The notes under the pieces: generated by a model | Told to the model about the DNA's origin: nothing | Database searches by the model: none | Seen by the model: the letters and a program-made list of their open reading frames with translations, nothing else | Translations under genes and position numbers: made by a program | Part shown: piece by piece, positions 63,721 through 64,000 of the stretch | Position numbering within the stretch: position 1 is the first letter of the stretch | Layout: the number at the start of each line of letters is the position of its first letter | Assembly (NCBI GenBank): GCA_026770705.1 | Contig: JANJGN010000013.1 | Span: 100,936,001-101,000,000 of the forward strand | Origin: Isurus oxyrinchus | Lineage: Eukaryota | Direction of reading: 5' to 3' | DNA: 64,000 nucleotides

Positions 63721-64000
63721 GTAAAATTGTCAAATGATAATAAATTGTTAACGCTTTGTGTAAGCTTAGGTGCAATTTTTATGCCACATTTTACAAAATG
63801 TGAGCAGAAATACCTTGTGCCTTTACTTACCTCACTGCTTATTGATGCATATTTGTTTTTTGATTAAAAGACGTGTTGATTAACGAGGTATGAGAATTAT
63901 GATTGTTGCCAGTTATAGTTGATATCTGGCATTGTCAAGTATTTCTTTCGGTCGAGGACGGAGCTGTTAAGTAAGCTTGTTGAATTGATTGGAGTCAGTC

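Larger units (their letters stand above)
1..64000. repeat. Hierarchical tandem repeat array (~480-bp A unit; ~2.75-kb Y and ~3.55-kb X cassettes; ~6.3-kb X+Y unit)
   Basis: Homologous landmarks recur at offsets of about 480-490, 2748, 3553/3554, 6289-6298 and 8418 bp; these offsets are also visible in the ORF track. Confidence 0.95.

Overview
This is AT-rich eukaryotic (vertebrate, probably cartilaginous-fish) genomic DNA. Almost the whole window is a hierarchical tandem repeat that looks like satellite DNA but hides a very large array of tiny, frame-symmetric (phase 1-1) spliceosomal exons on the + strand. By hand I count 125 exons of 57/60 nt in three related families (68 type A 'GPTPFGGTGRPTTSETTIS', 29 type B 'VPTLTTVTGVLPASETSIS', 28 type C 'GPTQATGTGFAMVSETRIT'). 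There are also 29 candidate 12-21 nt microexons (type D, 'VVSD'). Spliced together they would encode a Thr/Ser/Gly/Pro-rich mucin-like region of roughly 2,500 aa. The gene's start and end lie outside the window, so no gene symbol is assigned. Exons are grouped into two cassette types, X (about 3.55 kb: A A A60 B C D A60 B C D) and Y (about 2.75 kb: A A A60 B C* D). These combine into a ~6.3 kb higher-order unit, and every Y cassette carries a TAA in its C exon. A 5'-truncated Penelope-like retroelement (RT + GIY-YIG, 11-bp TSD, degenerate hammerhead motif) inserted into one long intron and was then copied by a near-identical 8,418-bp tandem duplication. Almost all ORFs in the supplied track outside the retroelement are artefacts of the repeats. 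All coordinates and counts were made by eye; no expression or database evidence was available.
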